From contig MU058636.1 of the NCBI GenBank assembly GCA_013265495.1, forward strand, positions 6,297,741-6,361,740: a stretch of 64,000 bases of DNA. Reading direction: 5' to 3'. Positions within the stretch are counted from its first letter, which is position 1. Each line of letters begins with the position of its first letter. The notes under the pieces are model-generated. The model had not been told where the DNA came from. It searched no databases and saw only the letters and a list, made by a program, of their open reading frames with translations. Made by a program: the position numbers and the translations under genes. The stretch comes from Vicugna vicugna (lineage: Eukaryota). Positions 25,485 to 36,470 of the stretch are shown piece after piece.

Positions 25485-26220
25485 TTCATTTATTGAACAC
25501 ATACCATGTTTCAGCGCTGTGGTAAAGCACTTTTCCCTGAAGGGGTTCAGAACTTGCCACCCAAATTCGTCGCTTTGCCAAGTGGATTGTTCTGAGCTGA
25601 AGGCAATCAAGACCCACCAGACTCAGCAAAAGCTCTTAGTCCCTCCCCCATAACCACCTGAAAGAAAATATAAACTTCCCTATTTGTGGAGGAAAATCTA
25701 TATTTATAAAGGAAATTTCCATTTAAAAGAGCACCTGCTCTAGGAAGCGCGCTACTACCAGAGATATCTTTTATTTTTTCCACCTGAGAGAATTACCTGC
25801 ATAACGAGGTGACATTTGTTTACCACACGCGTCTTCCTCTCACCTTCCCTGCACCTAGAAGCCCCAAACACCCATCAGCTTCCTTAGATCTGAATGGGAC
25901 ATAACTCTCAGTCATCTAGCTGCCTTTTGAATCTCACATCTTTGTGAAACTCCCGCATATGCATATGTAATTAAATTTGCGTGTTTTCTTCTGTTTATCT
26001 GCTTTATGCCAATTTAATTCTTGGACCAGCCATAGAACCAAGAAGGGTAGATGGGAAGATTTTTTCCTTTTCCACCACCCACATTGTCTTCTTTAATCCT
26101 CATAATGAACCTAACAGGTTGATATGATCACTTTCATCTTATTAATGAGGAAATCCAGGCTCCACGCAGTTAAATTAATTGTAGACTTGGGATTTGAACC
26201 AGGGCTTGTCTGCTTAGAAA
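25485..26220 (-). mobile_element. MIR SINE split by an LTR
   Basis: catttattgaacac...gtaaagcacttt (25485-25537) resumes as tttaatcctcataat...aatgaggaaatccaggct...gggatttgaacc (26078-26220). Confidence 0.7.
25538..26077 (+). mobile_element. ERV1 solo LTR (MER34-like)
   Basis: TG...CA ends; tgaaggggttcagaacttgccaccc...gagctgaaggcaat; attaaa signal; 3' end gaagggtagatgggaagattttttcc. Confidence 0.8.
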
Positions 26221-26744
26221 GCCTGTGCTTTGGTTGCTTTAATGTCCAACCTATACTGCCCCCGTCTCCCAGCAGAAAGCAGAGAGACCAGCAACGGATG
26301 TCTTGATGGGTCTAGAAGCTGAAAATGCTCAAAGAGCACATTATTATGAGAGATTTCCTTCATTTCTTTCACCTGGAAATGGCCTGCAGAGGAGAGAAAA
26401 GAGGGTTTGCTCCAGGGCTCACGGACTTTCTCTGCCAGCCTTTGTAGGGAGAGGTCTGTTAAAGGTCTCATTTACAAACAATCGGGTATCTCAAGCAGCG
26501 AGCAGAAAGGCTGTTTCCGTGGGGTTTCCTGGGTGGGGGTGGCAGGCTCAGAGTTTGAATCTGGAAAAGGAGTTTTAATCAGATCTAATCAGTGCAATCA
26601 AAGGACAGAGCTTCTTCGTGTATCCATCCTTTCTCCTGGGCCAACCTTGAAGTTTGCAGTCCAAAGAACACTGGGTGCCTGTTTCTTTTGCAGGTTCATC
26701 CTTCGCTCCTTATGCGAAGTGTCAGGTGCTCCAGGGTTTGGGTC

Positions 26745-27070
26745 GTCCTTCTCACCCTATGTTCTCCCTGCTGGAAATCTGACGCCAACCCTGACAGCAG
26801 TTATACATATAGAAACAAGTAACTCCCAAATTTGTATCTCTAGGCTACATCCTTCCTCACAAGGTCAAACTCTTATACTCAGCTGCCTGCCTGAACTCTC
26901 CACACGCGTGTCTCAAAAGAATCTCAATCACATTATGTCCAAAGTCAGTGCCACCCACCAGCACTTCCTAAGTCCTATGCTCAGCTCAATTATTTTTCTT
27001 TGTTCTGTAGCATTTATCACCTTATAACACACTAGACAATTTTGCTTATTTATAATTGTTCTAATTCTCT
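26745..27070 (+). mobile_element. L2 fragment
   Basis: aactcccaaatttgtatctctagg...ctcagctgcctgcctgaactctccac...gtagcatttatcacctt. Confidence 0.65.
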
Positions 27071-27109
27071 TTTCTTAGATTCTGTATTTGTCTATTTGGC
27101 ATCCATTCA

Positions 27110-27370
27110 CCATGGGCCAACTGTATTAATTGTATTTTCTTATATTCTGTATTCTTGATGATCTGGTATTTTTGGCCTGACTGACTAGAGGGAGTTTGCC
27201 AGGTTTAGCCAATTCTTAGAGATAGTAGAGTCCTTGCCAGGAGCACGTCTTCCATATGCAAACTAATCAACCCAGGGCCAGGTACCAATGAGGGACAGCC
27301 CCAAATCCCAAAGCCTGCTGGGATTGTTCAAACTAGCCAGTAACCACTTACCCACATTACCCCTGTGGGT
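27110..27370 (+). mobile_element. ERV1 LTR fragment (MER110/MER90-like)
   Basis: tagccaattcttagagatagta...catatgcaaac...cccagggccaggtacca...ttcaaactagcca. Confidence 0.7.
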
Positions 27371-29269
27371 TGACAGAATTTTCAGCTTAATTCTTACTGC
27401 CTCGAATCCATTCTCTTTCCAAATTGTATATTTCACAAATACATTATGTTTATGACACATACTAAACTCTCTTGGGCCACATATTGTTGGTAAGTGACTA
27501 TATCATCCTTATTAAAGATCAGAAGAAAGATGTAGAGAGAGGTAATGATGACATTGGGGAAGCTGATGGCAAGAGGAGGGTTAAAACTCATGGCCTTGGT
27601 ATCCTGTTACTGGTATAAGTCTTTTGAGACTTCATACGTTCTATTTAATTTTTTTAATTTCATGGAGGTGTTCAGGGGCTGAAGGCAAACTCAGGTTTCG
27701 CTCCTGGATAAAAGTAGTAGCTTAGATGGCAAATTACTCTATAGACATTTTAGCACAGGTAACAGCAGGCATCCTTGAGGATTTTAAATTCTGCCCATTA
27801 GTATGCAGAAATACCATCAGCTGCCTAAGTCATTTTCTAATAAACCAGGTCTTCATTACGTCCCAATTGCCCAAAGTGTATTTGCCTTGTCAGACACAGA
27901 GTTTTAAATGCAGTTCAGTCCTGAGCCACTTTAGCTAACATGGATTTCTCCCTCCCTATTCATTTGCAGCCCTCCTTTCGGGTGCTCTTTTTTTCAATAT
28001 ATTTGAAAAAGCTTTTATTCCCTCTAATCTCTCCAGCATTTTTTAGCACCGTCAGCAATTCTGCCGACCTTATCTCTTCCCTCTTGGCTCCCACAGTCTG
28101 TTGTTCGCACTTCCACAGTTTATTGGCAGCATGTTTTCTGACAAGCCATCCTGAAATCTAATTGAATGTTTCTTGTTTTAAAATTTCCTTCTCGGAAGAA
28201 CACTAGCTGGCTGGATCTCCACCACTGCCCTTTTCTTTCACCTTCTACCTGCACGTGCACTGTAATAGAAAACAGGTAAACATTCAAAATGTGCAAATCA
28301 ATATACATTGAATTAAATTAATTAAGAGAAAATATTTTGAAAATACGGTAACATGTGGAGGAAAATGCTCTGCCACCAGAAGGCAATTTCTTAGACATCA
28401 GTTCAAAGAAACAATATCAATATTTTCTAACAACCTCCCTGGGGCACACATATTTTACTTTCAGTTCTAATAAATTTCCTGTGTACAGGAATAAAACTGT
28501 TATCAAAAAGTCAAAAAGAAAAGAAAAAATATCTTGATATTATGACATATCATCCTGATTCAAGAAAAGCAGAAAAGAAATAATTTTCTATTTGAATTTC
28601 AAATTGAGTGTAAATGTAAACAATCAATATTTCCAAAACCGATGGTCATTAATAGTTAAGATAATATTATTTTTTCAGATATGCGTTAGAGTTCTATTTT
28701 TTACTCTTTGACTTAATTGTGATACACCCCAGATTTTAACAACCTTTTAACAAGCCCCTATATTTGATACCATACCATTTATTCAGCTCAAATATATTTT
28801 ATTATCTCCCAGGACAGTTTGACTAGGTTATAAATCTAGAATGGAGGATTTAAAAATGGAAGAATCAGAGTTCATTATTTTTGTTGTGGTGTCGACTGCT
28901 TACTTTGTGTTGATAGTAAGTATTTGGAGCCATTTTAAATATCAGTGCACCTATTGCTGGTAAGTCCCGAATAAAGATGGCTAGAGATGACCCCAGAAAA
29001 ATCAGAATTTCCCTTTATTTTACTGTGTTTATTTAATAAACTTACTATATGGAAAATACACCTCGTCCAGTGGAGGAAAGAAACATTGCTTAGCAATTGC
29101 CAGGGGAGTCTTTCAGTGCTAAGTCAAGCCTTGTTACTCTGCTCAAAGATTCCCATGGTTGTACATCTCATCAGAGATGAAAAATCTGAGGCTTGTAGAA
29201 ACTGATCTTAGACTCAACATAGAGCTAGAAAGGAAACACTGGGATGGTTCCCTTGCACTCAGATGTCCT

Positions 29270-29481
29270 TCCCCAGCTCTACAGGGCCCACACACTTCGC
29301 TCCCTCTTGGACCCCACGCTTCTGCTCTCGCATCTCTCCTTTTCTTTTAGCCTCAGCGGCCACCCTATTCTTCCATGAAAGGACCAAGCAGGCTCCTGCC
29401 TCAGGACCTTTGCAATTCTTTTTGTCTTTGCTGGGATGCTTTTTCCCCAGATTCCACATCACATGGCTCAATATCTCTCTT

Positions 29482-29512
<31 letters not shown>

Positions 29513-29785
29513 GTCAAATACCAGGAAGACCTCCCCTGAATCCCTGAATACCGAACATAAAATTGTGTTCCCGACCCCAACCCTCCTTATCCACTTCAGC
29601 TTCCTTTATTTTCCCTCATGGCATTCATCACCATCTCATAGAGTATGTATTTGTGTGTTCCCTTGTTCTCTGTCTTCAACTCAGTGGGAACTTGACTGCC
29701 AGGTCTGCCACTGTATCCTCAGAACCTAGAAGGGTGCCAGGCATATAACAGGCACCCAGGAAATATTTACTGAACTAGTGAATGA
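29270..29785 (+). mobile_element. L2 3' fragment with (TCTG)n
   Basis: ctcctgcctcaggacctttgca...ctgtatcctcagaacctaga...ggcacccaggaaatatttactgaa...tgaatga. Confidence 0.8.
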
Positions 29786-30751
29786 CGTCATCCTCCCTGA
29801 GCTCTGGAGTCAAGGAAATTCTGAAGACACAGACGTGTAAGTAAAACAAGCATTGGACCAAATGAAGGGGAGTGACAGAGACAAGTGTTGAACTTGTGCT
29901 CAGTATGAAATTAGACAACCTTAAAAGTAGAAATTGAAATGCTGAAGGAGATCCCAAGTGTCAGGAGTATGGCTTATATTAGATCCTGCTTGAAAAATGG
30001 GGTCAGGAAAGGAGGCCAGATGCATGCGCCATCTAGAAACCCCTCCCCGCGTTGAAAGACTGATGGTAAAGATGCTTTCAGCAGCACCCACTGCTGTCCG
30101 AGACAACTCTAATCTCAAACACGTTAGACATTTGAACTGGGAAACCCAGAAGGGCCTAAATGGATTCATGCCCATCAGAAGACATTCATTTTTAAGGTGT
30201 TATAACTGAAGCAGACTTTTCTAGGCATCCTTCTGAGGCAAGTCTCCAAAGCAGACTTGATAGACCTCTAAATTTCAAGTCTATGTGTGGGAAGGACTAG
30301 GACTTGGCCATATCTCGGGTGCTTGTGCTCCCAGAGCTAAAAGGAACAGCCAGGAATGCCATCGGCCCATTCAGTCTCTTTGTGTGGAATTAGAAAAATT
30401 CCCTTCCTTCAGGTAATGGGTCCCTTGTCCAGTCTCGCTTACACAGGAGGTAATTATTTGTGGTGGCCATGGAAATAGCAGGAAGTTTCAGAAGAAACTG
30501 AGTTTACAGCTAGCAATCAAGATTCCCATCCCAGGAGATTTCCATGGCCTCCTGGGCTCCAACTGAGTCTCCGGCTGAAATAAGGGACTCTAAAAGCAGC
30601 AAGGTCCTTCTGTCTCCAGTCCTTCTACTTACAGGTGGACGTTTCATCGTAGCATCTCATGCAAGGGATCTTTATCTCCACTTCGTGCTGCCCCACCAGT
30701 CCCCAAGACTCTCCATACATCCATCAAGAAGTCTCTGTGCAGACCAAGGCC

Positions 30752-30980
30752 TCAGAGCGTCATGGTTAAAAGCACAATTATGGAGTCAGACAGGCATAGG
30801 TCTGAGTGCTGGGTTGGCTCATATCACTGAGAAAAATCTCATAATTTCCATAAAGCTCTATTTCTTTATGCTTAAAACGGGGGCTAGTAAGAATAACTAT
30901 CTTGGAGGACTTGTGAAACTTTAAATTATAAAATGCACTTACATAGTGGCTGGCAGATCCTACTAGTTAATATTATTTCT
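30752..30980 (+). mobile_element. MIR SINE
   Basis: tggttaaaagcac...ggagtcagac...ttaaaacggggg...ttgtgaaa... Confidence 0.65.
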
Positions 30981-31059
30981 GTTCAGTTACTGTTCTTGGC
31001 ACTCTATCAGTATATTTGACCATAATTCATACCCAGAGTTGAATTCATGAAGTCTAAGA

Positions 31060-32005
31060 TTTTTGCTCTGAAATGGCAATTCCTCACCAGTGCAACATAC
31101 ACTTACATTCCAAATATAATTTATATAAGCCTTAAAATTATAATTGACTTCATAACATCCTATATACACTGAAGCCTTTGCATTTTCTAAAATATATTAA
31201 TGAAGATATATCAATTTCCTTTGATTTAGTATTTGCTTAGTACATCTTTTTTCACTTTTTTTTTTACCTTTTCTAAGCCCTTTTGTTATAAGTATGTGTC
31301 TGTAAAGAGCATCTCCTAGATTTTTGAAATCCAGTTGGAACATCTCTATTTTTAATTGCAAATTTAAGCCATTAGTACTTACTTTATTTAAAACTTGTGA
31401 CTGGGATTAATTTCTACCATCCTATTTAGTGCTTTAAATTTATCTTTTTCTTTTTTTTCTTCTTTCTTGCCTTTCGTCAATGATTATTTTCTTTCTTTCT
31501 TCTTTTTGCTCTCTACTAGCTTGATATTTATATAATTATTTCTTAAGGGTTACCCTTAAAATTTTAGTTAATACACTTGACCTAACAAAGTCTAAATTTG
31601 ATCATTATCTCTCTTTCTAGAAAAGGAGATATCTTTTCCTCTGTCTCACGTGCCAGTCATGTCAATATTTCAATTCATCTTGCTTCTTTGTCCTCCAGAT
31701 TAGTCATTTAGACAGTATTTTATACAGTCAATGCTTATTTGCCTTTGCCCATCTTTACCGACTTCTTGGCTCACAATTGTTTTTCTTTCTTTCTTTTTTT
31801 TTTTTTGGGCAGGGTGGGCCGTAATTAGGTTTATTTATTTTTAGAGTAGTACCAGGGATTGAACCCAGGACCTCCTGCGTGCTAAGCATGCACTCTACTA
31901 CTTGAGCTATATCCTCCCCCCACAATTGTTTCTTATCTAGCAATCATTCCACTGGACTCAATTTTCTCCTTCATGAAGTCCATTCTTTAGTAGTTCACTC
32001 CTGTG
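31060..32005 (-). mobile_element. ancient L1 3' region (L1MC/ME-like)
   Basis: T-rich reverse L1 3' UTR motifs (ttttaattgcaaatttaagccatt, tttctaccatcctattt, ttttatacagtcaatg). Confidence 0.5.
31783..31920 (-). mobile_element. full-length tRNA-Ala-derived SINE (Vic-1-like)
   Basis: Reverse complement gggggaggatatagctcaagtagtagagtgcatgcttagcacgcaggaggtcctgggttcaatccctggtac...aataaataaacctaattac...poly-A; TSD cacaattgttt 31772-31782 / 31921-31931. Confidence 0.95.
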
Positions 32006-33624
32006 AGTTTTGGCATTAAAGCCCAGATCCTCTGTTGCTGAGACTGGCACCATCACCCAGAGTAGCTGCGGCATCAACTCATCAGCTTACAGCTATGGTT
32101 TCCCAATCTATCTTTCATCCTGGCAACTGGAGAATTTCATTTCTCTTTTGCATGCTCAGCTATGTATATAAAAGAATGTTTGTTATATCACATTTTGCAT
32201 TTCAAGGTATTTATAGCTGGAGTCCCTTTTAATGTGATCAGAAGTCATCATTCCTAAATTGAGTGTATATTTGGTGGCAGGCTGTGTTCTAGGTGTAAAG
32301 ATAGATATAAAACAGTTTGGTCCTCAAGGAGCTTACAGTCTTAATGACGATAGCTATGAATCAAATATGTGTAATAAAGTTTTTTAGCCACATTATATCA
32401 AGCTCCTTAAAATAAATACATTGTCTTAATTCGCTTTCTAACCTTAGTGTGTAGGGAAGTACTAGCAGATAGAAGCTGCTTAATTAATGTTTGTTGACAG
32501 AATATATGAAGGAATTATAGAAATCAACAAATATTTTCATTGCTTATTCCCACTTTTTAATTCATGAAAAGTAAGATATTTATTATTTTCTAATTACAAA
32601 TGGAATTTTGATAAAGGTTTTACTTTAAAGATGTTTAATTTTTATTGTACTACTAATACATAGTTAATGATTAAGTCCTCATTCTGTATCAGAGATTGTG
32701 CTCAGAACTTTCCAAGCATTACCTTGTTTGAACCTCAGAATAACCCTAAAAGTGGGACTTCTGTGGTAGAACTTGGGTTGCACATACAAAGCTATATTAA
32801 GAACTAATTCAAAGTAGTCTGACTGTTGCCTCTGTTCCTTGGTACTGTGTATGTACGCATTTGTCAGACAATGGTTTCAGTAGTAATTTCCAATTAGAGA
32901 CTATCCTTTGTTTTTACAGCTACCGTCTATGTTTGTAGAACTTTAGCCCATCTACAATGTGATTACTGTCTTACTGATTGATTAATTACCATTGGACTAG
33001 AAGACCCACTTCATTGCCAATGACTATACACCACACTGGTTTCACTGTTGCTATGTTGTTCTGAAAGTGCACAGCTTGAACACACTTGTATCTGTGACCC
33101 ACCTCTCATCCACCATTCTTTCTCCTACCACCTTCTGGCTGGAAGTGGCACAGTAACTACTACAATCAACAATCCCACATACATACAAATAAACCACTTA
33201 ATAATAATCTAGAATTTTAGAATTTAGCCAGGAACCAAAATTTATATCTTGTTTGGTAGAATTTGCTCTTAAGAATTGAGCCAATATTAGCCTAAATATT
33301 TTTCTCGTCACATTTACTATTCTCCATGAGTTCTCAAAAAGTTATTGATAGTAGTTGTGGAATTACCACTGAAATTATTTCAGTGCTCTAATACATCATT
33401 TTTCAAAAGTCCAAAATATTGAAATTACTATAAGATTCTAGATGCTATTTTACTTGTCTTATTTTATTGTCTGTAAATGCCCTTTATTGATAATGTCCCA
33501 TATTTTCCAGTTTGAATTTTGCCTCTTTGGCAGAGAAAGTATAAACAAAATAATTGTTGAACAGTTTCACAAAGGCATAACTTAGGTTTGCCATCCTCAC
33601 AGTAATAGTATTTCATAGTCACTC

Positions 33625-34450
33625 CACATTTATTGAGCACCCACTATGGTCCAGGCACTATTCCAGTCACCACAAATAGAATCGTAGACAAAATGGACAA
33701 AAATTCCACTTCATAGTGCCTACGACGTGGTATTGTGTGACGTGGATGACCTTTTTCTATTCCAAAGTCTCTGGTGGCTGTCTTCAGCTGCTCCAGCAAA
33801 CCTTTCCAGCCTCTTCCCACCTGCTTGCGCCACCTTCATCAGTACCGCCAGCAGACAGACACATGTGACCCTCAAGACCAGAACCAGATTGGTTCTGGAT
33901 CCAATCCTGCATGTTCCTGCCTCTGTGACTTTGCTTTGCGCATCACTTCTACCCAGAAGGACTTCTGAATCCTACCAATAATTCACAACCACTTGTGATC
34001 TTATCTCTAGGCCATCATTATTCATCTTAATACAAACACGCCTGTTTCATGCTATCTCAGTATACTCTGGATTACAGTGGTAGTCCCTTTTTAACCTGTT
34101 TTGGGTTAGGCTTACTTGTATATATGGATATACCCTTCTTAAGTTGTGAGAAATAGTCAGAACCTGGGTCTAACAGATTATTTTCCCTTTTACATCTTCA
34201 AAATTCATACAGGGCCTAAGTAGCACTATGTGTAGAATAAATTCTCAGTAATACCTGGTAACCGGAACAATTATGTCACCTTCTCTGTTGTAAGAACTTA
34301 ATTTTATTTATTTATTCAGTTATTTATTCATTTACTCAAAAGATATTTTGTTAGTGCCTACTAGATGCCAATCACTTTCTCAAGAAATCGAGGCTTCACG
34401 GGTGAGTGAAACAGACAATAGCATGTTTTACCTAGTTTTAGAACTATTTA
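33625..34450. mobile_element. cluster of L2 fragments in both orientations
   Basis: catttattgagcacccactatggtccaggcac (33628); attcatttactcaaaagatattttgttagtgcctact (34326); plus-strand L2-like sequence between them. Confidence 0.6.
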
Positions 34451-35144
34451 TGTCAGGGCTTATGGAAAATCACCTGTCTTTAAGGACTGATAAGACACTG
34501 GAGCATATTATTAAAGGAAGTGGCAGAGCTTCTTACGGAGATGGTTAAGTGCAGTCTACATTATGTCTCGAGGTATCTGAATGAATTCTTCCCTGGAGGC
34601 AGGGGATGGGGGTTTTCAGCTCATAATGTTCCCTTCAGGTCTTTAGTTTTATGAATTAATATGCATGAAGGCAAACAACCAAGTGAGTCCATTCTCCCCC
34701 GACTTAGTTATTCATTCAAACAATGAAGCCAGTGAAAGGCTTCTATAAAAAAATCATTAGTTGTGGGAATTATAGTAGGTTTAAGACTTTCATCAGCCCT
34801 TCAGACCTCATCTAAAGTAATCTATTTTTCCAGGAGCTGAAAGAGTTTAACAGCCTAGAAAGGTCAGTTCTCTAAAAAGGATCTTGACAATATCTGGATT
34901 GCTCATATTCTGTGAGAAGGGGAGATACAAGGTAATTTCGTAAGGAAAAGAAAATTCCTTGACCAGCAGGAAAAAACTCAGATTAGCCTTTTATCCCGCA
35001 CAGAACAGTACCGTGAGCATGTCAGAAGGCTTGACCGAAATATAAATGTATGAAACAGACCATCGGACAACCTGGAAGCATAAAGTGGCCACTCCTGGAA
35101 AAGACAGGAAGACGTGAAGATACCCTCCATCCATCAGCAACTAA

Positions 35145-35960
35145 GCGCGGACGCCCTCTGGGGTCTCTCTCCTCTCCTCCCACCTCCTGCCCTCGGAAGC
35201 CCCCTCCCACCCCACGCAGCACCTCGGCCTAGCGCCCCGAGGGCTCCTTTCTGAAACGGACCTGACGCCTGCAGAAACCGCACCGTTCAGGCCGCTTTTG
35301 TAGTCTCTGGAGAGCCCTAATGTTATTTTTCCAACTGGCTGACTTCACAATGGCCTTTTTTCAGCCGTGATGAAGTCAGAGGAATTAGCTGCTCCTAACC
35401 ACTGCCTTATGCCAGCGAGAGGTCTACGCGAAAGGCTGAAGGAAATAATCTTTCTGTCATTCTTACTCAGAGGCTCCTGGAAGTCAGTCCTGACTGGGAA
35501 GGGAAATCGGAGCGTGAATAATGAAAGCGTGTTTCTCACGAGGCAGCTGAAGTGTGAATGGCACAGCCGGGGACGCTCTGGCCTTGCCAGGCTTTTGGGA
35601 AGACTGGCTCACCCCAGGATGCCTACGGATCTGCCCGGGCCCATCGCAGACAGGCTGCGAGGACGTGGAAATGCCTCTCCACCTCCGCGTCAAGCACAGG
35701 CCGGCAGACGCAGCAGCTGGAAGGTGAAAACTCCCCAGAACGAAATATTCCACTCGAGCTTCTGCCTTTATCTGGGCCACTGGCACTCAGCCCAGCCATG
35801 AAATAAACACCGCCGGACGGGGCTGAGACAAGGAATTCCGTCAAAAAGGATTATAGGAGGATGGAGCTGTGAGGGGGAGGCGGCGCTGAGCGCTTTCAGC
35901 TGAAGGAGGAACCAGGACTATTCTGCAACGAGAGCAGCGGCCACCCACACAAGCCCTCGG
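35145..35960. promoter_or_regulatory. CpG island-like region (putative promoter/enhancer)
   Basis: About 44 CpG counted by eye in ~815 bp of GC-rich, non-repeat sequence, against a CpG-depleted background. Confidence 0.6.
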
Positions 35961-36274
35961 GCCTTCATCTATTTTAATAGGATTTCAGTGGAGGCTGGGG
36001 GTTGGTTTATCATTTATGATAACCCATTCTTCACCGAAAATTTAAACATTTCCTTTCAGGTTCATTGACCTTTGGGGAGCCTGATTTTATAGTCCCTTCA
36101 CTGAACGAACACATGCTGAAGGCTTACAGCGGAACAGGCACTCGCTCCAGGCTCGGAGCCGCAGCCTGAAAACAGAAGCACAGGGCCTGACTGCCTGGGC
36201 CTTGCATTCTGCTGTGTGAGCTTCTGGGGAGCGGGATGTACAGGATAAACAAAGAAACAAAGATTTTAACAAGG

Positions 36275-36470
36275 TCATTGCTTATACCTTGTAGGATAAA
36301 GAAACTAACACAGGGCTACGTGATAGGATGACAAGAATAGGGGTAGATTTTGCTTTTAGGATGAGGGGTCAGGAATGGTCCTGCTGAGGCAATGACTTGT
36401 GAACTTGGATGCCAGCAACAAGAGCAGCCAGCAAAGACATGTGGGCAGGAGACTGTAACAGAGAGCACAA
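36275..36470 (-). mobile_element. L2 fragment
   Basis: ttttaggatgaggggtcaggaatggtcctgctgaggcaatgacttgtgaac...gcagccagc. Confidence 0.55.

Noticed and set aside
26407..27027. Longest ORF in the window (206 aa)
   Set aside because: TTG start, no recognisable domain, and the 3' half is L2-derived.
28373..28388. CTCF-like motif ccaccagaaggca (also ccagcaggtggga at ~1837)
   Set aside because: Each has a core mismatch; cannot be supported without PWM scoring or ChIP data.
35367..35801. 144-aa ORF in the CpG island
   Set aside because: Arg/Gly/Pro-rich with overlapping ORFs in several frames, typical of GC-rich non-coding DNA; no recognisable homology.
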